DNA of 64,000 nucleotides from the NCBI GenBank assembly GCA_003598025.1, contig QZKH01000003.1:42048-106047 (forward strand). The letters run 5' to 3'. The stretch comes from Candidatus Omnitrophota bacterium (lineage in GTDB: Bacteria; Omnitrophota; Gorgyraeia; Gygaellales; Profunditerraquicolaceae). This document shows positions 18,501 through 27,887 of this stretch, piece after piece. The notes under the pieces were generated by a model. The model was not told the DNA's origin and searched no databases. It was given only the letters and a program-made list of their open reading frames with translations. Position 1 is the first letter of the stretch; each line of letters starts with the position of its first letter. A program made the translations under genes and the position numbers.

Positions 18501-20075
18501 ATGCCTAAGGTAAAATTATACGATACTACATTAAGGGACGGTTCTCAGGGAGAGGGCATCTCTTATTCTGTACTGGATAAATCCCGCATAGCAAGAGAGC
18601 TCGATTCTCTCGGTATTCATTACATTGAAGGAGGTTGGCCAGGGTCAAACCCTAAAGATATGGAGTTCTTCGTTCAGATGGCCAAGAAGCCTCTTAAAAA
18701 CTCAACACTTGTTGCTTTTAGTATGACTCGCAGGCCAAATATAAAAGCCAGCGATGACCAGAATATCAAGGCAATACTGAAATCCAAAGCAAAATCAGTT
18801 GCTATTGTAGGTAAGACCTGGGATTTGCATGTCAGTGATGTCTTAAAAGTAGAGCTTGATGAAAATATCAGAATGATCGAAGATACAGTCTCTTTCCTTG
18901 TTTCCAAGGGCCTTGAGGTATTTTATGATGCCGAACATTTTTTTGATGCATATAAACATAACAAGGAATACACTTTCAAATGCCTTGCAGCTGCAGAGTT
19001 GGCAGGTGCTAAAGCGATTTGTCTCTGTGACACAAACGGAGGTATGCTGACTTCAGAGTTGGCTCGAATAGTCAGGGAAATCAGGCCTCTTGTTAAAGTT
19101 GGACTTGGCATACATTGTCATAATGATTGCGGTGTTGCCGTAGCTAATTCGTTAACTGCTGTTGAGGCGGGCTGCGATATAGTACAGGGGACCATAAACG
19201 GCTACGGAGAACGGTGCGGTAATGCTGATTTGATACCCATTATTGCTAATCTGATGCTTAAGATGAAGATCAGTTGTTTAGGTGAAGATAAACTTAAGGA
19301 GCTCACAAAGGTATCGCATTTTGTAAGTGAAATGGCAAATATGAAGCAAAGGTCGGATCAGCCTTTTGTCGGTGATTCGTCTTTTGCCCACAAAGGCGGT
19401 ATGCATATAAATGCAGTAGTAAAGAATCCAAAGTCCTATGAGCATATTGATCCATCCTTAGTCGGCAACCACCGCAGGATACTTGTTTCTGAGCTTGGCG
19501 GTAAAACAGGGATAATGCTGCGTGCCAAGAACCTGGAGTTTGACCTGGCCAAAGAAGATGCCAAGACAAAGAAGATATTAAAGCTTATTCAAGACCTTGA
19601 ACATAAGGGTTATCATTTTGAGGCGGCAGAAGCTTCGTTTGAATTGTTGATGAAAAAGGCTTTGAAGAAATATAATAAATTCTTTGAGCTGGAAGGTTTC
19701 CGTGTTGTGATAGAGAAGGTATCTAATAAAAAGATCACTTCCGAGGCTATAATTAGAGTTAAGGTAAAAGGGGTGAAGGAGCATACTGCTGCTGATGGTG
19801 ATGGCCCGGTGAATGCCCTTGATAATGCGCTTAGAAAAGCCTTGAAGGATTTTTATCCTTCGCTTTCTAAAATGCATTTGTCTGATTTTAAGGTAAGGGT
19901 ATTAGATGAAAAAGACGGCACTGCCGCAAAAGTAAGAGTGCTTATACAATCACAGGATGAAACTGATTCCTGGAGTACGGTAGGGGTGTCTGAGAATATT
20001 ATTGAAGCCAGCTGGCAAGCTCTTGTAGATAGTGTAGAGTATAAACTATTAAAAGATACAAAAAAGCAGCCCTGA
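18501..20075 (+). CDS. cimA: (R)-citramalate synthase / 2-isopropylmalate synthase family. Start chosen at MPKVKLYDTT. The track ORF starts at 18429, inside lysC.
   Basis: LYDTTLRDGSQGEG, HCHNDCG, plus the C-terminal LeuA-dimer regulatory domain. Confidence 0.8.
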   Translation: MPKVKLYDTTLRDGSQGEGISYSVLDKSRIARELDSLGIHYIEGGWPGSNPKDMEFFVQMAKKPLKNSTLVAFSMTRRPNIKASDDQNIKAILKSKAKSVAIVGKTWDLHVSDVLKVELDENIRMIEDTVSFLVSKGLEVFYDAEHFFDAYKHNKEYTFKCLAAAELAGAKAICLCDTNGGMLTSELARIVREIRPLVKVGLGIHCHNDCGVAVANSLTAVEAGCDIVQGTINGYGERCGNADLIPIIANLMLKMKISCLGEDKLKELTKVSHFVSEMANMKQRSDQPFVGDSSFAHKGGMHINAVVKNPKSYEHIDPSLVGNHRRILVSELGGKTGIMLRAKNLEFDLAKEDAKTKKILKLIQDLEHKGYHFEAAEASFELLMKKALKKYNKFFELEGFRVVIEKVSNKKITSEAIIRVKVKGVKEHTAADGDGPVNALDNALRKALKDFYPSLSKMHLSDFKVRVLDEKDGTAAKVRVLIQSQDETDSWSTVGVSENIIEASWQALVDSVEYKLLKDTKKQP

Positions 20076-20143
20076 GCAAGGTCGAAGGACAGGCGCTGGT
20101 GTGGGCAACGTAGAGTAAAATTACTTAAGGATACAAAGCAATA

Positions 20144-22945
20144 ATGGCTATAGAGCTTTCAAAGCAGTATAATCCTCACGAAGTTGAGGACAAATGGTAT
20201 TTTGACTGGGAAAAAAACGGGTATTTTAAAACCTCCCCGTCTAAGAACAGAATCCCTTTTTGTATAGTTATCCCTCCGCCTAATGTGACGGGTATTTTGC
20301 ACATGGGGCATGCTTTAAATAATACGATACAAGATATTCTTATCCGGTACCACCGCATGAATGGCGAGGCTGCTCTATGGATGCCGGGCACAGATCATGC
20401 CGGCATTGCTACTCAGAACGTCGTTGAAAAAAGTTTGGCAAGGGAGAATATTAAACGCCAGGATTTAGGCAGGGAAAAGTTTATTGAAAAAGTGTTATTA
20501 TGGAAAGACAAATACGGCTCTACGATAATTCATCAGCTTAAGAAACTGGGTGCTTCCTGTGATTGGTCAAGGGAGCGTTTTACTATGGATGAAGCGTATT
20601 CCAGGGCGGTAAAACATGTATTTGTGCGTTTGTGGGACAAGGGGCTTATTTATCAAGGGGATAAGATAATTAACTGGTGTCCTCGCTGCCAGACAGCTTT
20701 ATCTGATGAAGAAGCACCGCATCATGAACTTGATGGTCATCTTTATTATTTGAAATATCCTTTGAAGGCCGATCCTGATACTTTCATTATTGTGGCTACT
20801 ACCAGGCCGGAAACAATGCTTGGAGATACAGCCGTCGCAGTTAACCCCAGGGATAAAAGATATAAAAAATTCTTGAATAAAATCCTGTTATTGCCTTTGG
20901 TTGGCAGGGAGATAAAAGTAATCGGCGATAGTTCAGTGGATATGAAATTCGGAACCGGTGCTGTAAAAGTTACACCTGCCCATGATCCGAATGACTATAT
21001 AATGGGCAATAGGCATAAACTGAAATTTGTAAATGTTATGTATCCGGATGGCCGGATGAATGAGAATGCCGGAGAGTATAAGGGTATGGATAGGTTTGAG
21101 GCACGGGAAGTGATTATAGAAGACCTCAGAGAAAAAGGATTACTGGATAAAATAGAGCCACATGCGCTTTCTGCCGGGCATTGTTATCGTTGCCACACTA
21201 TAATTGAACCGTATCTTTCAAGGCAATGGTTCGTTAAGATGTCCCCTTTGGCAAAACCGGCAATAGAAGCTGTGAAAAAAGGTAAAATCAAATTCCATCC
21301 TAAAAGATGGACTAAGGTATATCTTAACTGGATGGAAAATATACAGGATTGGTGTATTTCACGGCAGATATGGTGGGGGCATCGCCTGCCGGTATATTAT
21401 TGTAAGGAATGTATAAAGAATGCCGGCGAGTTCACGGTTCATAGTTCACAGTTCACAGGTAAGAATAAAGCCGGTATTATAGTTTCTGAAACTAAGCTGG
21501 ATAAATGTCCTAAGTGCGGTTCATCGGATATACATCAGGAAGAAGATGTTTTAGATACATGGTTTTCTTCCTGGCTATGGCCTTTTGCTACTTTTTATTG
21601 GCCGGATTTTCAAAAGCAATCAGCCATCAGCCATCAGCCATCAGCTTTCAGCTCTCAGCTGGATAGTCTACAGTCTACCGTGCACAGTCCACCGTCCACA
21701 GACAAAGATATTTCTGCCAGGCTCAAGGCGGATTTGGATTATTTTTATCCTACATCCACTCTTGTAACTGCACCTGAGATTATCTTCTTTTGGGTAGCCA
21801 GAATGATTATGGCGGGCATGGAGTTTATGCATAATGTCCCCTTTAAGGATGTTTACATCCATGGCACAGTGCGCGATATAGAAGGCAAGAAAATGTCTAA
21901 ATCCCTGGGTAATATTATAGACCCGCTTGAGATTATAAGCCAGTACGGTGCTGATGCCCTTCGCTTTAGCCTCATATCGATTACTTCTCAGGGGCAGGAT
22001 GTATATCTTTCTAAGGACAGGTTCGAGCAGGGCAGGAATTTCGCGAATAAGCTTTGGAATGCATCGCGTTTTATACTGATGAATATGGAAGAGGCAGACT
22101 CAGGCAAAGTTAACCAAATACGTCAAAACAGCACTAATATCGTAAATAAATGGATATTAAGCAGGTACAATTCCACAATAAAACAGGTTTCATCTTATCT
22201 TAATGCATATAAATTTAATGAAGCGGCAAATGCTATTTACGGTTTCTTCTGGCACGAGTTTTGTGATTGGTATCTTGAGATTATAAAGCCGAATATAAAA
22301 GATGATGAAAGCCGGGTAATTACGCGTATTATCCTTGAGGGTACCCTTAAAATGCTGCATCCTTTCATGCCTTTTATAAGCGAAGAAATATGGCGGATGA
22401 TCCCCGGTAATACTTCTACTATAATGTTTAGCAGCTGGCCGGTTCATTCTGAGAAAGCAATAGACAAAAAGATAGAGGCCCGGGTTAATATGGTCTTTGA
22501 TGTGATTAGCAGCATAAGGAATATGCGTTCCGAGCTTGAAATAGCAGTAACTGATAAAATAAATGTTAAACTTTTTACCGGCAGCAAGCCGAATTTGGAA
22601 ACGCTTAATTTTATGAGCGGAGACATCAAATTAATGTCAAAGCTGGATAATCTCGAGATCTCTAAAGATTATAAGCCTCAGATTAACCAATATGCAAGCG
22701 TCCTAAAGGATATCCATATAATAATCCCATTGTCCGGAGTTATTGATGTAGAGAAATACCTGCTTAAACTGGGTAAGCGTATCCAGGAAGTTTCATCCCA
22801 GATTGAAGCAAAGGGCAGGACATTGGAAAATAAGGATTTTATCGCACGGGCACCAGCAGAAGTCATAAAGAAAGAACAGGATAAATTAGAAGAACTTAAA
22901 GAAACCCTGAACAAACTAAAGGTGGTGAAAGATGGTATTAAATGA
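20144..22945 (+). CDS. valS: Valine--tRNA ligase. Intact ORF that contains two in-frame short-repeat insertions.
   Basis: HMGH, KMSKS, DVLDTWFSS, FFWVARM. C-terminal coiled coil. 933 aa. Confidence 0.9.
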   Translation: MAIELSKQYNPHEVEDKWYFDWEKNGYFKTSPSKNRIPFCIVIPPPNVTGILHMGHALNNTIQDILIRYHRMNGEAALWMPGTDHAGIATQNVVEKSLARENIKRQDLGREKFIEKVLLWKDKYGSTIIHQLKKLGASCDWSRERFTMDEAYSRAVKHVFVRLWDKGLIYQGDKIINWCPRCQTALSDEEAPHHELDGHLYYLKYPLKADPDTFIIVATTRPETMLGDTAVAVNPRDKRYKKFLNKILLLPLVGREIKVIGDSSVDMKFGTGAVKVTPAHDPNDYIMGNRHKLKFVNVMYPDGRMNENAGEYKGMDRFEAREVIIEDLREKGLLDKIEPHALSAGHCYRCHTIIEPYLSRQWFVKMSPLAKPAIEAVKKGKIKFHPKRWTKVYLNWMENIQDWCISRQIWWGHRLPVYYCKECIKNAGEFTVHSSQFTGKNKAGIIVSETKLDKCPKCGSSDIHQEEDVLDTWFSSWLWPFATFYWPDFQKQSAISHQPSAFSSQLDSLQSTVHSPPSTDKDISARLKADLDYFYPTSTLVTAPEIIFFWVARMIMAGMEFMHNVPFKDVYIHGTVRDIEGKKMSKSLGNIIDPLEIISQYGADALRFSLISITSQGQDVYLSKDRFEQGRNFANKLWNASRFILMNMEEADSGKVNQIRQNSTNIVNKWILSRYNSTIKQVSSYLNAYKFNEAANAIYGFFWHEFCDWYLEIIKPNIKDDESRVITRIILEGTLKMLHPFMPFISEEIWRMIPGNTSTIMFSSWPVHSEKAIDKKIEARVNMVFDVISSIRNMRSELEIAVTDKINVKLFTGSKPNLETLNFMSGDIKLMSKLDNLEISKDYKPQINQYASVLKDIHIIIPLSGVIDVEKYLLKLGKRIQEVSSQIEAKGRTLENKDFIARAPAEVIKKEQDKLEELKETLNKLKVVKDGIK
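21428..21459 (+). repeat. Family-A octamer tandem (GTTCACGG GTTCATAG TTCACAG TTCACAGG) lying inside the valS coding sequence
   Basis: gagttcacggttcatagttcacagttcacagg is translated in frame as EFTVHSSQFTG. Confidence 0.8.
21618..21662 (+). repeat. CAGCCAT x3 / CAGCTTTCAGCTCTCAGCTG tandem repeat inside valS. Related in reverse complement to 47042-47074.
   Basis: atcagccatcagccatcagccatcagctttcagctctcagctgg encodes SAISHQPSAFSSQLD. This stretch is absent from canonical ValRS between WP(E/D) and FYPTS. Confidence 0.8.
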
Positions 22946-23813
22946 AAGTTTTCCTTCGGAGAAAAAGGCAGAGTTGGATTGGCAGAAGATTGACAGTATT
23001 TTAAGGCATGCTTTGATAGAAGATATCGGTAAGGGTGATATCACCACTCAATTGACTATCCCAAAAGATAAAGAAACCGAAGCAGTTTTATTAGCAAAAG
23101 AGGATTGTGTTGTTTGCGGCCTGGATATCGCAGGGAGAGTATTTAAAATAGTGGATTCGCAGCTAGATTTCAAAACTACTGTCAAAGAAGGCAGGTTTGT
23201 AAAGAACGGAAAGGTTTTGGCTAAAATAACCGGGAAAGCCAGCAGTATCTTGTCTGCAGAAAGGGTAGCCTTAAATCTATTATCTATGCTTTCCGGCATT
23301 GCTACAAAAACCCGAGAGTATGCAAAGGAAGTGGAGCCTTATAAGGTAAAAATCACCGATACCCGTAAGACAATACCCGGTTTAAGGGACTTACAGAAAT
23401 ATGCGGTAAGGATAGGCGGCGGTTTTAACCATAGAGCCGGCCTGGATGAAATGATACTTATAAAAGATAATCATATTAAGGTAACCGAAGGCTATAGCAA
23501 ATTGCCAAGTGTGCCAAAAGGGTTTAAAATCGAGATTGAAGTCCAGGATTTGGAGGAGTTCAAGCATGCTTTGAGGTTTAAGCCTGATGTGATAATGCTG
23601 GATAATATGGAGTTGGAAGATATGAAGAGCGCTGTCCAGATCAGGAATAATACGCTTTTTAACAGCCATCATCCTAGGACAAAGCTTGAAGCATCGGGTA
23701 ATATAAATCTGAAAAACGTAAAGAAAGTCGCCTCTTGCGGAGTGGATATAATTTCTATCGGCGAGTTGACGCATTCTATAGAGGCAGCAGACATCTCGCT
23801 GGAGATTAAGTGA
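22932..23813 (+). CDS. nadC: Nicotinate-nucleotide pyrophosphorylase (quinolinate phosphoribosyltransferase)
   Basis: QRPT family motifs. 293 aa. Confidence 0.85.
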   Translation: MVLNESFPSEKKAELDWQKIDSILRHALIEDIGKGDITTQLTIPKDKETEAVLLAKEDCVVCGLDIAGRVFKIVDSQLDFKTTVKEGRFVKNGKVLAKITGKASSILSAERVALNLLSMLSGIATKTREYAKEVEPYKVKITDTRKTIPGLRDLQKYAVRIGGGFNHRAGLDEMILIKDNHIKVTEGYSKLPSVPKGFKIEIEVQDLEEFKHALRFKPDVIMLDNMELEDMKSAVQIRNNTLFNSHHPRTKLEASGNINLKNVKKVASCGVDIISIGELTHSIEAADISLEIK

Positions 23814-24631
23814 TAGCAAGGTTTGCTAAGTTTATTTTGCTGCCATGTTTACTGGTTGTTTTGTTTTGCCCCAGGATTTACCCGCAGAATTTTGCCAATA
23901 ATAATAAGCAGATCAAGATCGATAAGCCGGAAAAAGAACTTAAGGTCGGAGAGAAGCTTAAATTTAGCCTCCAGTGGCTGGGTGTACCCATAGGCTGGAT
24001 TGAGCTTGAAACAAAGGGAATTGTTTCAATTGAAGGCAATAACTGCTATCAAATAGTTGCCAGGGCTTTTCCGAACAGTTTTTTCAGAAAGATATACAAT
24101 GTAGAATACGCGGTCAATTCATTTATAGACAAGAAAGGGCTTTTTACAAGGCGTTTTACCAAGCGTAAGCTCTACAATGGTAAAGTAACTGATGTTATTA
24201 TTGATTTTGATTTACAGAATAAACAGGCTAAATACAGGAATCTTACTACTAATCAGGATTTTACTGTTAAAGCATTATCTTTTGCCCAGGATCTATTATC
24301 CAGCCTTTATTATCTTCGTCTCCAAGATCTGAAGTTAGGCTCAAAATATAAGGTAGACATAGTTTATGGGGATAAGTTTTGGAATATTAATGCTGAGGTT
24401 GACGATGTCAAGGCTTTGGATTTGCGTAAATTAGGGACTTTTAATGTGGTAAAGGTAGACCTGAATGCCGAATTAAGCCAGATGGTACTTGGTAAAAAAG
24501 ATATGCGGCTTTTCCTGACTTCTGATTCAAGAAGGATACCTGTGCTGTTTACCTTGCATACTTCTATGGGGCCGGTTAGGGGCATAATCCAGGAAATTAA
24601 ACCCGGTTCACAATGGAAAAATTCATCCTAA
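23810..24631 (+). CDS. Secreted hypothetical protein, DUF3108-like. GTG start.
   Basis: N-terminal signal peptide LLPCLLVVLF. No catalytic motifs recognised. Confidence 0.5.
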   Translation: MIARFAKFILLPCLLVVLFCPRIYPQNFANNNKQIKIDKPEKELKVGEKLKFSLQWLGVPIGWIELETKGIVSIEGNNCYQIVARAFPNSFFRKIYNVEYAVNSFIDKKGLFTRRFTKRKLYNGKVTDVIIDFDLQNKQAKYRNLTTNQDFTVKALSFAQDLLSSLYYLRLQDLKLGSKYKVDIVYGDKFWNINAEVDDVKALDLRKLGTFNVVKVDLNAELSQMVLGKKDMRLFLTSDSRRIPVLFTLHTSMGPVRGIIQEIKPGSQWKNSS

Positions 24632-26580
24632 AATCAAAATTTAAACCCTGCGGAGACCAGCCGCAAGCTATAAAAGAACTTGTCAACGGGTTTAATAACG
24701 GAGAAAAAAAACAGACGCTTCTTGGCGTCACCGGCTCCGGCAAGACATTTACCCTTGCCAATGTCATTGCCCAGCTAAATTTACCCACCTTAGTAATTTC
24801 TCATAATAAGACTTTAGCCGCCCAGCTTTATTCTGAATTCAAGGATTTCTTTCCTGAGAATGCTGTAGAGTATTTTGTAAGTTATTATGATTACTATCAG
24901 CCTGAAGCATATATTCCGTCTACAGATACTTACATTGAGAAGGACGCTTCAATAAATGACAGGCTTGATCGTTTAAGGCTTTCCACAACAACATCACTTA
25001 TGAGCAGGAAAGATGTTTTAGTTATAGCTTCGGTATCGTGCATATATAACCTTGGCGACCCTTTGGATTATAAAGACTTGCTTGTTTTTGTGGAAAAAGG
25101 GATGCAGTTATCAAGAGAAGACTTGATATTAAGGTTTATTCATATGCAGTACGAAAGGAATGATTATGAGTTTATCAGGGGTAAGCTGCGTGTGCGCGGT
25201 GATTGCCTTGAGATATTCCCTTCATATCAAGAAAAAGCAATAAGGATAGAGTTCTTCCAGGATAAGATAGAAAATATTTCGTTAATAAATCCGGTCAGCG
25301 GACAGGTAATCAGTAACCTGAAGAAAACCGCTATTTATCCGGCAAAGCATTTTATTGTTTCTCAGGACCGGATAGATTCTGCCATTAAGTCAATAGAAGA
25401 TGAATTAACCGTAAGACTTGAGTTTTTGCGCAAGAATAATAAGCTGCTGGAGGCAGAGCGCCTTGAATCCAGGACTAAGTATGATATGGATATGTTAAAA
25501 GAAGTGGGGTATTGCCATGGGATAGAAAATTATTCGAGGCATTTATCACAGAGGCCTGAAGGCTCACGGCCTTATTCATTGATTGATTATTTCCAGGGTG
25601 ACTTTTTGGTAGTTATTGATGAGTCTCACGCTACTATCCCGCAAATCAGAGGGATGTATGAGGGCGACCGCGCGAGGAAAGAGATATTAGTGGATTACGG
25701 GTTCAGGCTTCCGTCTTGCCTTGATAACCGTCCGTTGAAATTTGACGAGTTCCAGGGTTTGATAGATAATTTTATTTTTGTTTCTGCTACCCCGGGAGAT
25801 TTTGAGATAAAACAGTGTAATAACAAGGTTGTCCAGCAGTTAATCAGGCCTACCGGCTTGGTTGACCCTGAGATCGAAATAAGGCCGCAGGACGGCCAAA
25901 TCGAGGACCTCATAAAAGAAGTTAAATCGCGCGCTGCAAAGAATGAAAGGTCTCTTGTTACTACTCTCACCAAGAGAATGGCCGAAGACCTAGCGACCCA
26001 TTTGCAGGAAAACGGGATAAAGGTAAAATATCTGCATTCAGAAATACACACAATCGAACGTTCCAGGCTATTGAGAAGTTTAAGGCTTAAGGAATTTGAT
26101 TGTTTGGTAGGCATTAACCTTTTGCGGGAAGGTCTTGATTTGCCTGAGGTATCTCTTGTGGCCATACTTGATGCTGATAAGGAAGGGTTTCTGCGTTCTG
26201 AAACTTCGCTTATACAGGTAAGCGGCAGGGCTGCAAGGAATGTAAACGGCAGGGTCATTATGTACGCAGATAATCTTACCGGTTCGATGAGAAGGGCGAT
26301 ATCCGAGAGTAACCGTAGAAGGGTAATCCAATTGGAATATAATGTAAGGAGAGGCATAAAACCACGCTCAATACAAAAAGCGATAAGGGATGGGATTGAA
26401 GATCTCCAGGAAGCAGAACAGCTGGTTGAGGAGCTTACCGGGCTTGAAAAAGATAAGTATGAATTGAATAAATATATTTCAGAGTTAGAATATGAGATGG
26501 AGCTGGCAGCAAGGAACCTTCATTTTGAAGAAGCAGCTAAAATCAGGGATGAAATCAAGGAACTGAAGAAACTTAGGTAA
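24613..26580 (+). CDS. uvrB: Excinuclease ABC subunit B
   Basis: Walker A GVTGSGKT, helicase motifs, C-terminal UVR domain. 655 aa. Confidence 0.9.
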   Translation: MEKFILKSKFKPCGDQPQAIKELVNGFNNGEKKQTLLGVTGSGKTFTLANVIAQLNLPTLVISHNKTLAAQLYSEFKDFFPENAVEYFVSYYDYYQPEAYIPSTDTYIEKDASINDRLDRLRLSTTTSLMSRKDVLVIASVSCIYNLGDPLDYKDLLVFVEKGMQLSREDLILRFIHMQYERNDYEFIRGKLRVRGDCLEIFPSYQEKAIRIEFFQDKIENISLINPVSGQVISNLKKTAIYPAKHFIVSQDRIDSAIKSIEDELTVRLEFLRKNNKLLEAERLESRTKYDMDMLKEVGYCHGIENYSRHLSQRPEGSRPYSLIDYFQGDFLVVIDESHATIPQIRGMYEGDRARKEILVDYGFRLPSCLDNRPLKFDEFQGLIDNFIFVSATPGDFEIKQCNNKVVQQLIRPTGLVDPEIEIRPQDGQIEDLIKEVKSRAAKNERSLVTTLTKRMAEDLATHLQENGIKVKYLHSEIHTIERSRLLRSLRLKEFDCLVGINLLREGLDLPEVSLVAILDADKEGFLRSETSLIQVSGRAARNVNGRVIMYADNLTGSMRRAISESNRRRVIQLEYNVRRGIKPRSIQKAIRDGIEDLQEAEQLVEELTGLEKDKYELNKYISELEYEMELAARNLHFEEAAKIRDEIKELKKLR

Positions 26581-26585
26581 AGTGA

Positions 26586-27380
26586 ATGGAAAGAAATAGA
26601 TTAAGATATTCTAATAATAAAACTCGGATTTTCATTGCCGTTGATGTTGGAAATACCAATATCAATTTTGGTATTTTTAAGAGGAATGCTCTTGTCAGGG
26701 AGTTTATCATACCGACTTGCGCGTATTCTTTGGCTAAGCTTAGAAAGCATTTTGGACAGGGATCATATCCTGGTAGCGCTTTTGTTTGTAGCGTTGTCCC
26801 AGATATTAATAAGCGTTTAAAAAGAGATTTAACAGTTTTAGGATTTAAGGCATATATTATAGGTAAGGATATCAAAGTACCTATAAGGAATAATTATCGT
26901 TATCCTTCCCAGGTTGGGCAGGATAGGCTTGTTAATGCCTACGCCTCGCTAAAAATATACGGCAAGCCGTTAATAATCATAGATTTTGGAACGGCAATTA
27001 CGTTTGATATTGTTTCTGGTAAAGGCGTTTATTTGGGCGGGATGATCTTGCCTGGTTTTTCGATCTCGCTGGATGCCTTATGTGAAAAGACAGCTCTTCT
27101 TCCGAAGGTAAAATTAGGCCTGCCTCCGGAATTTATTGGCCGTGATACCAGAAACAGTATTCTAAGCGGCCTGGTTTATGGATTTGCAGGTCTTACTGAT
27201 GGGTTTTGCAGAAAAATAAGATTTAAACTGGGTAAGCGTACAAAAGTGATCGCAACCGGAGGCAGCCTGCCTTTAATCAGGAAATTTGTTAAGCAGATAA
27301 ATTTCTTTGATAAAAATCTTATCTTGAAGGGCCTTTATATGCTTTATGAGAGCAAGGCTCAAAAGAAGGATTCATGTTGA
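26586..27380 (+). CDS. coaX: Type III pantothenate kinase
   Basis: IAVDVGNTNINFGIF ASKHA N-terminus and the Bvg accessory factor fold. 264 aa. Confidence 0.85.
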   Translation: MERNRLRYSNNKTRIFIAVDVGNTNINFGIFKRNALVREFIIPTCAYSLAKLRKHFGQGSYPGSAFVCSVVPDINKRLKRDLTVLGFKAYIIGKDIKVPIRNNYRYPSQVGQDRLVNAYASLKIYGKPLIIIDFGTAITFDIVSGKGVYLGGMILPGFSISLDALCEKTALLPKVKLGLPPEFIGRDTRNSILSGLVYGFAGLTDGFCRKIRFKLGKRTKVIATGGSLPLIRKFVKQINFFDKNLILKGLYMLYESKAQKKDSC

Positions 27381-27385
27381 CCGCA

Positions 27386-27467
27386 GGTCCGTTTCTATCA
27401 CTCCTCATAGAAGTGCCCCCATTGGGGGCACTTCTATGGTCAGTCAGAGAAACGGACCTAGAATTTT
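27386..27467 (+). terminator. Nested perfect palindrome (family-C element, full copy) followed by a T7 run. Putative intrinsic terminator after coaX.
   Basis: AGGTCCGTTTCT...AGAAGTGCCCCC ATT GGGGGCACTTCT...AGAAACGGACCT then TTTTTTT. Confidence 0.7.
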
Positions 27468-27480
27468 TTTAAAAAAACTC

Positions 27481-27508
27481 TTGACAATAAAATTTTTTTT
27501 CTTATAAT
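27481..27508 (+). promoter_or_regulatory. Sigma-70-type promoter of groESL (-35 TTGACA, 16 nt, -10 TATAAT)
   Basis: ttgaca at 27481-27486, tataat at 27503-27508, directly overlapping the CIRCE operator. Confidence 0.7.
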
Positions 27509-27534
27509 TAGCACTCTAAGAAATAGAGTGCTAA
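27508..27534 (+). promoter_or_regulatory. CIRCE operator (HrcA binding site) upstream of groES
   Basis: TTAGCACTC-TAAGAAATA-GAGTGCTAA is a perfect match to the CIRCE consensus TTAGCACTC-N9-GAGTGCTAA. Confidence 0.9.
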
Positions 27535-27579
27535 GTAAATAACAATATTAAACTACTTAACAATTAAGGAGGTGTTTTT

Positions 27580-27870
27580 ATGAACATCCAGCCATTAGGT
27601 GACCGCGTAGTTGTTAAGCCGCTTGAGGCCGAATCGAAAACTAAAGGTGGGATACTTCTTCCGGACACAGCTAAAGAAAAACCGCAAGAAGGCAAAATCG
27701 TTGCTGTTGGCAAGGGCAAAGTCTTAGATAGCGGCAGTATACAGCCGTTGGAAGTAAAAGTAGGGGATAAAATATTATACGGGAAATATTCTGGTAATGA
27801 AATCACTACCAGCGAAGGCGATGAGCTTTTGATAATGAGGGAAGAGGATATTTTAGCTATTATAAAGTAA
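27580..27870 (+). CDS. groES: Co-chaperonin GroES
   Basis: 96 aa cpn10. Strong AAGGAGG Shine-Dalgarno upstream. Confidence 0.95.
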   Translation: MNIQPLGDRVVVKPLEAESKTKGGILLPDTAKEKPQEGKIVAVGKGKVLDSGSIQPLEVKVGDKILYGKYSGNEITTSEGDELLIMREEDILAIIK

Positions 27871-27887
27871 GATAAAGGAGGAGTTAC

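Noticed and set aside
20144-22945. valS as a repeat-disrupted pseudogene
   Set aside because: Both insertions preserve the frame. All class I ligase motifs (HMGH, KMSKS) and the C-terminal domain are intact across a single 933-codon ORF.
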